Positions 37,519 through 46,080 of a DNA stretch of 51,740 nt are shown here, one piece after another. A program made the translations under genes and the position numbers. This DNA is from a virus. Taxonomy: Duplodnaviria > Caudoviricetes. The stretch is taken from positions 1-51,740 of the IMG/VR virus record IMGVR_UViG_3300044940_000294; one strand, given 5' to 3'. The first letter of the stretch is position 1. The number at the start of each line of letters is the position of its first letter. Below the pieces are notes generated by a model, which saw only the letters and a list, made by a program, of their open reading frames with translations, made no database searches and had not been told where the DNA came from.

Positions 37519-37997
37519 TACGAAGGGAAATACTTTACAGGAACAGGTTGTAATTTTTTACAAAATGCTCTGCACAAGAGCAGAGATATTTTTAGTTGTT
37601 GAGCAAGTGAACAAATCATTTCTCGTATTCCTGCCAAAACATCTGCCGTTTTCATGTTCAAATACGCACTATCATTTACCAAATCATACTCTATTTCTAC
37701 CACCGCAGCCTTTTCTTTGGTTACAAAAATACTCCCTAACAGTCCATCTGCATTAGTCGTGGATATATTTTTGAGGGCTTGCCACTGAATTATTTTGTAG
37801 GCAGTATAATAGCCAATTAAGATTTTTTCTTGATTATTGTATTTGGTTTCATCAAAAACGTCAGTATCACTCTTTTTAAGAGGTATTTGCAGCTCTACAA
37901 ATACCTCTTGTTTTTTTTGTTCTATCAGTGCAATATTGGCAGGGTTGGTAGCTACCAAAAACGGTAGCTGCCCGAATGCAATATCATTAATAATCAT
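37518..37997 (-). CDS. head-tail adaptor
   Basis: Position after the capsid gene; V.KEKA.VVEIEY motif. Confidence 0.6.
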   Translation of the reverse strand: MIINDIAFGQLPFLVATNPANIALIEQKKQEVFVELQIPLKKSDTDVFDETKYNNQEKILIGYYTAYKIIQWQALKNISTTNADGLLGSIFVTKEKAAVVEIEYDLVNDSAYLNMKTADVLAGIREMICSLAQQLKISLLLCRAFCKKLQPVPVKYFPS

Positions 37998-38188
37998 TAT
38001 GCGCCACCTCCGCCACCACTTGACACATTGGTTACTGTAATTCCGCCTGCGACTTTATACTTCAAGACTATCTTAGTTTCTTTCATAGTTACCGTTTGCC
38101 CTTTATAGACAATCTTGTTTGTCGGTTGTGTTGGGTCAAAAAACACACTTGCAGTTGTACCTGCCAGCGTAACATTAATATTTTTCAT
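37997..38188 (-). CDS. small virion-associated protein
   Basis: 63 aa directly after the capsid gene. Confidence 0.55.
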   Translation of the reverse strand: MKNINVTLAGTTASVFFDPTQPTNKIVYKGQTVTMKETKIVLKYKVAGGITVTNVSSGGGGGA

Positions 38189-38195
38189 AATCTAT

Positions 38196-39458
38196 CTATT
38201 TTTTAAATTCTTGTGATAAATAAATTGCCAAATCCATAGAGTTAGGGAACTTGTTAGAAGCCCAAGCACGGTCTTTTGACAATAAAACAGCACCAGAACG
38301 CATTATCTTTGCGTACCCTACACTCGTTGAAACGTACAAATGGTTAGCTTGTTTTTGCGGGTTGCGGTGCATTTCAGTCATTACGCCACGATACACCAAT
38401 TCAATTAACCCGTTGTCTTTATTGACAAACAAGATATTATTGGGAGGCATTGCCTCATAAGTAGTTACTGCATTACCAAGATACTCTTGTATTGTTTTTC
38501 TCTCTCTACCTGAATAGTCTGCATTCAGGTCTTCAAATGCCAAATCTTCTACCATAATAGCCGAAGTAATAGGCTGATTTAAGGACGCAAAACGTGCCGT
38601 TACTCTATCAATATCGGTCATGGTATATTTACCTGTGGTATTAACACCAATTATAGGGGCAGACTCCGACAAGTCTTCTTGGTCGCCGTTAATCAATGTC
38701 AATAAAGCCCTCAAATCTTTGCCGATAGACAATTTCACACCAAAACGTCTAAGGAAAAGGGTAAATATATCAATCGTGCTTTCAGAAATCAACTCGTCTG
38801 TGATTTGCAAGCCTCTTGCTATTTTGCGAACTTGTACCGTTTTTTGCCCAAAAGAAGTTTCGCCTTCAGGAATATCCTCGCCTTCTTCAATCTCGATAGG
38901 CATTGAATCAACTTCTTTTACATAAGGAACGATAACTTTTCTGTTACGTACACTTTGGCGTTGTGCAATCCACTGATTAGACTTTGGCGAATAATTCAAG
39001 CCTAGTTGAATAGCTTGCAAGATGATTTCAGGCAACAAAAAACGCATATTAGGGTCAAAATCCCCTGTGTTTTGTGGTGTGCCAGCATAGGACATAGCTG
39101 AGTAGTTGTTGATAGTGCTAATAAACTTTGCTACGTTCATATTTGCACCATACCCTAAAATCTCACTTGCTTTTTCAAATGTGTTTTCAATAGACACCCC
39201 CATTGCTCTTAATAAAGTAGTGGCATCTGCATTGAAATATTCTTTTGAGAACTCGTTAATGCTAATATCTTTGGCAATGATATTTTTCTCCTCATCACCG
39301 TTACGCAAAGTTTGCAAGTCTTTGTAGAAGTCCTTAGAGAACGCCTCCAAACTTGCTCTTACACTTGCACTATCTATCTCCCCTCTACCGTCTTTTGAAA
39401 ATTTATCAAAGTGGTTTTTAAGGGCTGTTAAGTTTTGTTTATTTACAATTAAAGTCAT
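38196..39458 (-). CDS. major capsid protein (HK97 fold)
   Basis: RFLLPEII...EGEDIPE...FGQKTV.VRKIARGLQITDELI; likely start MTLIVNK at 39458. Confidence 0.88.
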   Translation of the reverse strand: MTLIVNKQNLTALKNHFDKFSKDGRGEIDSASVRASLEAFSKDFYKDLQTLRNGDEEKNIIAKDISINEFSKEYFNADATTLLRAMGVSIENTFEKASEILGYGANMNVAKFISTINNYSAMSYAGTPQNTGDFDPNMRFLLPEIILQAIQLGLNYSPKSNQWIAQRQSVRNRKVIVPYVKEVDSMPIEIEEGEDIPEGETSFGQKTVQVRKIARGLQITDELISESTIDIFTLFLRRFGVKLSIGKDLRALLTLINGDQEDLSESAPIIGVNTTGKYTMTDIDRVTARFASLNQPITSAIMVEDLAFEDLNADYSGRERKTIQEYLGNAVTTYEAMPPNNILFVNKDNGLIELVYRGVMTEMHRNPQKQANHLYVSTSVGYAKIMRSGAVLLSKDRAWASNKFPNSMDLAIYLSQEFKK

Positions 39459-39466
39459 AGCTGATT

Positions 39467-39925
39467 CTACGATTTTGTTGGTTGTGGTAATTCTAAAATA
39501 TAAATAAGGTCGCCTTCTCCCTCTGCCTCTGTTAATGCGTAACCTGTAATCCATTCGCCTGTGGTTGTTGATTTATCCACAACAAGTACCCCTTCGGCAT
39601 CTACAGTCTGATTAACAACAATGCCTGTTCCTACTGTAATAGCTTGTGCAGCTTTTGCTTGTAAAATAGCTCTTGCAAATAACCTTACAGTTACATTTTC
39701 ACCTACTTCCGCACTTTTAATTACTCTACCAATAGGAATACCGCTACCAATAATGCCAAATTCAATCAAACCTGCGTTGAAGAAGGCTAATTGCCCCGCA
39801 ACTACTTTTTCAATCCCCCCATTGGGTAAACTATAAAATACGCCTGTGTTATCTGTCCACACCGTTGTTGTAATCGGGGCATCTTGTAACATACCAGAGC
39901 CACCGCTAAGATTAATACTGCTCAT
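39467..39925 (-). CDS. head decoration / cement protein
   Basis: Between protease and capsid genes; PIGRV...GENVTV...GYALTEA..GDLI. Confidence 0.65.
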   Translation of the reverse strand: MSSINLSGGSGMLQDAPITTTVWTDNTGVFYSLPNGGIEKVVAGQLAFFNAGLIEFGIIGSGIPIGRVIKSAEVGENVTVRLFARAILQAKAAQAITVGTGIVVNQTVDAEGVLVVDKSTTTGEWITGYALTEAEGEGDLIYILELPQPTKS

Positions 39926-39927
39926 AG

Positions 39928-41223
39928 CTATCTATTGAATTTTGTTAAATCTACATTAGGTTGATTAGTAGGCAAATCTTTAATTTGCTCTATTGACGTA
40001 GGTTCTGTTGAACGAAACTCCACTTCTTTGCTACCACACTTTTTACATACACCACTACCAAATTCTTCGCTTACAGCACCACCAAAGGTTTTAATGTACT
40101 CTTGCACTTCGTCAAGGTTGGCTTTTTCTATGTTAGCCAAAATCAACTCACTTGGCTTGTTTTTCATAAAAACAGTATAAAGGTTCTTAGCCTTTTCCCT
40201 TGCTGTTTTAGTCAAGTTGTTCAATGGTACTAATTGCTTAATCAAGTCCTCTTTTACAGCAGTAAGTTGTTGTACTTCTTTTACCAAATCCTCTTTTTCT
40301 TTTTTGAGGGCTGTTAGTGCTTTTTGGTCAGCTTGTAATTGCTCAAAAAGAGTTTTATCTACTGCCAAATAAGTTTCGTTCCACTTTTCTAATTCAACGG
40401 TTTCATTGACCCCGTTTTTGTGTAGTAATACTTTCATAGCTGTTTCTTTTGCTTTTTGGAATTGCAACGTGCCTTTAAATTCAGTGGCTACGCTATACGT
40501 ATGATTAGTTTCATAGGCTTGCTTTTCGTTGTCCGTTGCAGCATTGAAAGGCATAGTAGCTAACTTACCATCTTCGCCTAATTTGCGTGAATGCGGAGCA
40601 GCTCCTTCGTGGACAAAAGAAATTTCGCTAACTGCAATAATCTTTGTTACAATACGAGTTACCTCCTCTCCATTGATAGATTCGCCAACGTGGTATAAAA
40701 AATCGTTGGGGTTTTCAAAAGTGTGTGAGGGTTGGTATTCAAATTCAATAGCTACCGAACAACATTGAATAGGGCTGTCGGGGCTGTTTAGCATACGACA
40801 AAGTGCGGGGAATAAGACACTATCAATAACGAAAGGGACATCAATGCCCGCAGGAATAATAACACCGTTTTCGGCTACATAACTATTTGCCCACTTTGGG
40901 TTGCCTGAAACGCCTACAACTCTGCTTGCGTCTTGTGAGTGATTGAAGTAACAAGGTTTTTTAGCAAACATTGCCAATGCTTGCCTCAATACAGCTTCAT
41001 TGCGGAAGTCCGTACTTTTCCACGTCCCACTACCTACTAATTCAGCCGATAATACCCTAAAAGGGAATTCTAAAAAGTCTTTCGGTTTAGGAATAGGGCT
41101 TATATCTCCCATTCCCGTAGGCTCGTCAAGACCGAAATGTTGAATAATGTCTTTTTTAGCTGTATTGGAGTTAGGCTTTGCCAAATTGCTTTGTAGGCTC
41201 AAAATAATTTTATCTTTTGGCAT
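39928..41223 (-). CDS. prohead protease-scaffold protein
   Basis: FNH, CSVAI.F, EISFVHEGA motifs followed by a coiled coil. Confidence 0.75.
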   Translation of the reverse strand: MPKDKIILSLQSNLAKPNSNTAKKDIIQHFGLDEPTGMGDISPIPKPKDFLEFPFRVLSAELVGSGTWKSTDFRNEAVLRQALAMFAKKPCYFNHSQDASRVVGVSGNPKWANSYVAENGVIIPAGIDVPFVIDSVLFPALCRMLNSPDSPIQCCSVAIEFEYQPSHTFENPNDFLYHVGESINGEEVTRIVTKIIAVSEISFVHEGAAPHSRKLGEDGKLATMPFNAATDNEKQAYETNHTYSVATEFKGTLQFQKAKETAMKVLLHKNGVNETVELEKWNETYLAVDKTLFEQLQADQKALTALKKEKEDLVKEVQQLTAVKEDLIKQLVPLNNLTKTAREKAKNLYTVFMKNKPSELILANIEKANLDEVQEYIKTFGGAVSEEFGSGVCKKCGSKEVEFRSTEPTSIEQIKDLPTNQPNVDLTKFNR

Positions 41224-41309
41224 AGTAAATTCCTATATATTTTGGTAAATATATAAATAATCTCTATTGCTTATTATTTTTTTGTATATTTTTTTTAAAA
41301 AATTGGTAG

Positions 41310-41346
41310 CTTTATTTTGTATTTTAAAATAAAGATATTACTTTTG
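41310..41346 (+). promoter_or_regulatory. palindrome plus -7 box
   Basis: CTTTATTT-TGTATTTTA-AAATAAAG, 4 bp, TACTTTTG. Confidence 0.7.
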
Positions 41347-41349
41347 AGT

Positions 41350-42177
41350 ATGAATAAGGTTATAGAAACGATACTGAAAAAGAACTTTCAAATGGGTTTG
41401 TCTTTTGACGAACCAAGTCATACGTACTATTTGGGGGGGAATAAAATTAGTAGCACTTCTAAGGTATTAGGTTCTTTGCAAAAGGATTTTGACCCTATTA
41501 CAATGTCTATTAAGTGTTCCCAAAATCCTAACCATGAGCATTTTGGTAAGACTCCCGAAGAAATACAAAGTATTTGGGCAAACACAACAGATAATGCTTG
41601 TGATGTAGGTCATAATTTCCACTTGGTAGCTCAGAACTACTTATTACAAGTGGATAAAGATTATATAGAAAGTGGCAAAAACTTTTTTGAAAATAATGCT
41701 TTCAATGAGTATCACTATATACTTTTTGATAAGTTTTATAGAGAAAACTTTTTGAAGTACAAAGACGAGCAACTTTGTAGAGTCATACGAACCGTTGGCT
41801 TAGAAGTTCTCATAGCACACCCTTTATATGAAGTAGGGGGTACGTTTGATGCACTCTTAGAGTACATTCCTAACAAGTGGTTATTGGTGTTTGATTGGAA
41901 AACGAATAAGAAGTTTTCAGTGGCGGATACTTACAAGTTGATAGAGCCTTACCAACATTTTGACAAATCAAAACTTACGATTTATACTTTCCAAACGTAC
42001 ATCTACCGTTTTATCCTGGAAGCGATTTACGGCATTGAAGTAAAAGATTGTCGGATAGTTTGGTTTGACTTGGCTAACAATACGTACCAAATCCACAAGC
42101 CAAAGTTTGCCTACAATCACGAATTTATCAGGAGTGTTTTAGCAAGGTTTAACAACAATTTAAAAATAGCAACATGA
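41350..42177 (+). CDS. PD-(D/E)XK exonuclease
   Basis: FDEPSHTY, G..FH, GTFDAL...DWKTNK...Q..IY. Confidence 0.85.
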   Translation: MNKVIETILKKNFQMGLSFDEPSHTYYLGGNKISSTSKVLGSLQKDFDPITMSIKCSQNPNHEHFGKTPEEIQSIWANTTDNACDVGHNFHLVAQNYLLQVDKDYIESGKNFFENNAFNEYHYILFDKFYRENFLKYKDEQLCRVIRTVGLEVLIAHPLYEVGGTFDALLEYIPNKWLLVFDWKTNKKFSVADTYKLIEPYQHFDKSKLTIYTFQTYIYRFILEAIYGIEVKDCRIVWFDLANNTYQIHKPKFAYNHEFIRSVLARFNNNLKIAT

Positions 42178-42308
42178 TACACTTTTTGAAAGAGTTACTC
42201 TTTTCCGTATTGGAAATATGTTTAGGGTTTGCAGTCATTACCCTATTGATGTATTGCACGCCTATTGTCATCAAAAAATGCTATGAATTATGGTATATAC
42301 TTTCGTAA
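42174..42308 (+). CDS. 44-aa hydrophobic peptide
   Basis: ATGA coupling with the upstream gene; single TM segment. Confidence 0.4.
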   Translation: MIHFLKELLFSVLEICLGFAVITLLMYCTPIVIKKCYELWYILS

Positions 42309-42496
42309 CTATAAAAGAGCAGCAAGAACTCAAAACAGTAAAGTATAGACATAGTACAGACTTGGCAGACTTACAAAAATACTTAGAACTGTACGATTTA
42401 TGTCAAAACGCAAAGGAGAAAGATGTTTTGATAGGCTTAGTACGCAGGTTGATAGAAAAAAAACAACAAGAACTTGAAAATTTACACCCTTTTTAA
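42290..42496 (+). CDS. small hypothetical protein
   Basis: ORF in a co-oriented cluster. Confidence 0.55.
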   Translation: MVYTFVTIKEQQELKTVKYRHSTDLADLQKYLELYDLCQNAKEKDVLIGLVRRLIEKKQQELENLHPF

Positions 42497-42497
42497 C

Positions 42498-42764
42498 ATG
42501 AACACAAAAGATTTAGTAAAAGCAGTAGCAGAACAGACAGGATTAACTAAAACAGACGTAGCCAAAGTAATTGAGGCGACAAAGCAAACCATTACAGAAA
42601 GCCTTGCTAATGGTAATGAAGTTTTTTTGAGCAAGTTAGGCACTTTTAAAGTCAAAAAAAGGCAGTTCAAGGGCTTTGATTTCAAGACCAAAGAAAAAAG
42701 AACCTTTGATGTAGCCAACGTATCTTTTACGCCTTCAACAACCTTGAAAGAGGCAATTAAATAA
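42498..42764 (+). CDS. HU/IHF-family DNA-binding protein
   Basis: MNTKDLVKAVAEQTGLTK...L..G.EV.L..LGTF.V..R...F.PS..LKEAI. Confidence 0.92.
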   Translation: MNTKDLVKAVAEQTGLTKTDVAKVIEATKQTITESLANGNEVFLSKLGTFKVKKRQFKGFDFKTKEKRTFDVANVSFTPSTTLKEAIK

Positions 42765-42805
42765 GTAAAAAGCCTACCAAAAGGTGGAGTTGGGTAGTCA
42801 AGTAT

Positions 42806-43254
42806 TTGAGCAACAACCCTAATACAGGGACTAATTCGGGTAAGTCGATTTTGCAACCTATTGACACCATTACGACTCAAAACCGTTTGGCATTGGCGAG
42901 TGTGGCTTTTATGGACAAATACTATGGTATTGCCAACGCACAACCCTTAGACAAACCTTGTGATACCATTACAACGGTAGATAGGTTTAGTTTGGTGCAA
43001 TGCGAACATGATACACCCTGTTACAAGGTACAAAGCAATGATAGTGAATACACCAAATTGATAAAGGAGTTTATGCAAGCAAACGGCATCAAAGATATTT
43101 ATATGCGTATGCTTACCGTGCAGGAGCTCAAAGAAATACAGGGCTTCCCGAAGGATTATGTCTTGTTAGGCAGTCAGCCCAACAAAAGAAGTTTATCGGA
43201 AACAGTGTAGTACCCCAACAAATGCAACATATCATTAAAAATTTGATAGCATGA
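42806..43254 (+). pseudogene. dcm: C-terminal remnant of a C5 cytosine DNA methyltransferase
   Basis: P..TITT repeats; motif IX RMLTVQELKEIQGFPKDY; motif X KKFIGNSV lies in another frame after ~43175; catalytic N-terminal half absent. Confidence 0.8.
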
Positions 43255-43281
43255 CAAACTTACACCGAATAACTTCAAATT

Positions 43282-43485
43282 ATGAAAGATACTATCAAAA
43301 AAATTGCAACTATTAACATAATTGCATTATTAACCTGTCTAATTGCTTTTGGCTTAGAGGCATTAATTAATAAGCATATTATAGCATTTTCAGCATTTTT
43401 AGCTGTAATTGTCATAGTAAATGCAGCAATATTAGTTACAAAATTTATCATCAATCCTATTTACGAATGGATTGAAAAACTGTAA
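43282..43485 (+). CDS. small two-TM membrane protein
   Basis: Two hydrophobic helices in 67 aa. Confidence 0.6.
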   Translation: MKDTIKKIATINIIALLTCLIAFGLEALINKHIIAFSAFLAVIVIVNAAILVTKFIINPIYEWIEKL

Positions 43486-43489
43486 AACC

Positions 43490-43723
43490 ATGACCCCACA
43501 ACAAGAAGAAACCCTACTAAAAAAACTCCTCAATATCGAGGAGTTCAACGAATTTTGCAAAACGCATAAAGTTGAGGTAGTATTAGATAGTTCCTTGAAT
43601 TATCTATGCTACATTGACTACAAAAAGGGAGATAGAGCCTACGGTGATAGCCTTTTTAATCCACTGCTTGCAATGGTTTTGGCTGTGAAAGAGTATAAAA
43701 AGCAAAGCCCTCCCATGAATTAG
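43490..43723 (+). CDS. small hypothetical protein
   Basis: ATG at 43490; ends within hairpin 43704-43732. Confidence 0.6.
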   Translation: MTPQQEETLLKKLLNIEEFNEFCKTHKVEVVLDSSLNYLCYIDYKKGDRAYGDSLFNPLLAMVLAVKEYKKQSPPMN

Positions 43724-43841
43724 GAGGGCTTTCTTGCAGTGTTAAATCGGACAAAGTTAAACCTTGTTCAAGGGCTAATATGATAAGGTTTACGTTCCAC
43801 GAATTACGTTGTATATCCAAGATATTATTGATAGTTTCCAT
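43656..43841 (-). CDS. small hypothetical protein
   Basis: ATG at 43841 downstream of palindrome 43872-43896 and TAGTTTTG box (minus, 43860-43867); 3' end overlaps the convergent gene. Confidence 0.4.
   Translation of the reverse strand: METINNILDIQRNSWNVNLIILALEQGLTLSDLTLQESPPNSWEGFAFYTLSQPKPLQAVD
43704..43732. terminator. stem-loop between convergent genes
   Basis: AAAGCCCTCC-CATGAATTA-GGAGGGCTTT. Confidence 0.6.
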
Positions 43842-43916
43842 ATAGCTGTTATTTAAAACCAAAACTACTAACATTATTTTAGAAATCAAAATAAAGTTAG
43901 TAGTTTTTTAAATAAT

Positions 43917-44252
43917 TTATTTAGCCATTAATTGCCTTATCTTTTCATTCGCTGCAACCGTATCATTTATTGGGGGTGTATTGATTGTTTTGCAGTTTTC
44001 TAAGAAAAAATCAACTTCATTTCTCTTAAAATACCTTTTACCACTGCCAAATTGGTAAAAAGGCAATCCGTTAGCAACCCACTTATTCAACGTACTTTCG
44101 CTGATATCCAGATAATTATATACTTCGTCAGCACTAAGCCAAACCTTATTTTGTAATAGTAACCATTGCCTTGCCTGCGACATGGTTATTAATTCATGTT
44201 CAATTTTGCTTATCAACTCTTGTAATAAGCTAAAATAAGCCGTTTCAACCAT
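43917..44252 (-). CDS. excisionase-like MerR/HTH_17 protein
   Basis: WLSADEVYNYLDISESTLNKWVANGLPFYQFG..KRYFKRNEVDFFL. Confidence 0.8.
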   Translation of the reverse strand: MVETAYFSLLQELISKIEHELITMSQARQWLLLQNKVWLSADEVYNYLDISESTLNKWVANGLPFYQFGSGKRYFKRNEVDFFLENCKTINTPPINDTVAANEKIRQLMAK

Positions 44253-44370
44253 AAAATACCGTTTTTATTCCACAAAATAATGTAGTATTTATTAATAAAA
44301 CAAATATTTGATGTAAAATAAACAACTTTTATCAAAATAATGTATATTGCTGCATCAATATTTGGGCTGC

Positions 44371-46026
44371 ATGAATATTTGGGTAAAATATATAGATAGG
44401 TCTTACGAACAAATCAAAGAAAGCCTTATCAACCGACTCAAAACGGTTGATAGTCGCCTTACGAACTTCAATAGTAGCAATATATTGACTCGCATTATTG
44501 AAATGTACGCAGGGGTAGCCGACCAAATAAATTTCTATATTGACTTTTACGCAAGAGAGGGCTTTTTGATGACACTAAGGGAGTTTGCCTCTGCAATCCT
44601 ATTCGCAAAGGCATACAATTATCGTGTAAAAGGGGCTTTCCCTGCGGAGGCAAATCAACGGTTTTTCGTAGATATACCAACGCCTACTACAATCACAATT
44701 CCACAAGGGACGGTTGTTAGTACGGCAGCAAACATTGTATTTGAAACCATACAAGAGCTTCAAATTTTACCTGCACAAACGGAAGTATTTGGTGCGGTTA
44801 TTCAAAGACAACGAAAAAGCCTTACACCTATTCCAACAACTACAGGCTTACCCAACCAAACGGTTGTATTGGGGAACAACGTAGTGGATAATAGCATAGA
44901 ATTGTCTATCAACGGTGTGTACTATACCTCTGTTGAAACATTTGCGTATTCAACGGCAATAGATACGCACTTCGTAGCTTCTATCAACGAAGACGGACTA
45001 ATGACTATTACCTTTGGCGATGGTGTAAATGGAATTATTCCAACGGCTGGGAATAATATAATAGTCAATTACTTTGTAACGGAAGGCAGTAATGGCAACG
45101 TGAGTTCTTTGGCAATCAATAAGGTAGTTTCAACAGTAGCAATACCCTCGGGGTTGGTTCTCAAAACAATCAACAACGACTCTGCAAGTGGTGGTACAGA
45201 TAGCGAAAGCCTTGAAACTATACGCAAAAATCTACCCTTGTTTGTAAGGACATTAGAAAGAGCCGTTACTTTGTTGGACTTCAAAAACGTAGCAGAACAA
45301 GTTGTGGGTGTAGCAAAGGCTGGTGTTATTCACACTTGCGGAGAACCTGCCCGCATTTACATAGCCCCACAATCGGGTGGTATTGCACCGCCTACGCTTA
45401 TCAATAGCGTAATAAGTTGGTTAGACAAAAGAAAGACTATCAACGTAGATGTAAGAGTTGAAACAGTAGGCGTTGTATTGTTACGTTATAGTGTGAATGT
45501 AACCGCATTACCACAATTTGCCAATACAGACGTGGCGAATACAGTGCGAAACGCCTTATTAAACTTTCATAGTATCAATAACCAAGAAGTACAAGGTAGC
45601 TTGTTTGTGGGTGATTTATACCAAACGATTGAAAATAGCACAGGCGTAAACAAGTCCATTATCACAAACATTGACATAGTTCCGTATGCACGTAGTTTGA
45701 ATAATAATGTCCCGTTCAATTGGAGTAGAGTAGTACGAAATACCTCTACCACTACTCAACGGTGGCGTATCAAAATGTTAGCAGGGTCGCAATATGAGTT
45801 GTATAAAGGTGCTGCATTAGTCAATACGTACAACATCAATGCCCCTGTTTCTTTGCCTGAAATAGACTTTACGGTTTTTGGTACTTATACGGTTGGGCAT
45901 GAGTGGGAGTTTTACACCTACCCTTATTTGTCTAAATTTTCCGATATATTGGTACTTGCAGAACCAAGTGTACTATCAACTTACGCAGAAAATATTACAA
46001 TAACCGTAACAGGAGGGTATAACTAA
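44371..46026 (+). CDS. baseplate wedge protein J (gp6/gp47-like)
   Basis: DRSYEQIK..L, FGDGVNGIIP, GG.D.ES..., RAVTLLDF. Confidence 0.92.
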   Translation: MNIWVKYIDRSYEQIKESLINRLKTVDSRLTNFNSSNILTRIIEMYAGVADQINFYIDFYAREGFLMTLREFASAILFAKAYNYRVKGAFPAEANQRFFVDIPTPTTITIPQGTVVSTAANIVFETIQELQILPAQTEVFGAVIQRQRKSLTPIPTTTGLPNQTVVLGNNVVDNSIELSINGVYYTSVETFAYSTAIDTHFVASINEDGLMTITFGDGVNGIIPTAGNNIIVNYFVTEGSNGNVSSLAINKVVSTVAIPSGLVLKTINNDSASGGTDSESLETIRKNLPLFVRTLERAVTLLDFKNVAEQVVGVAKAGVIHTCGEPARIYIAPQSGGIAPPTLINSVISWLDKRKTINVDVRVETVGVVLLRYSVNVTALPQFANTDVANTVRNALLNFHSINNQEVQGSLFVGDLYQTIENSTGVNKSIITNIDIVPYARSLNNNVPFNWSRVVRNTSTTTQRWRIKMLAGSQYELYKGAALVNTYNINAPVSLPEIDFTVFGTYTVGHEWEFYTYPYLSKFSDILVLAEPSVLSTYAENITITVTGGYN

Positions 46027-46080
46027 TGAACGAACAAGCAGCAGCAATAAAGGATAAACAAGCACAACCGCAACAAGCCA

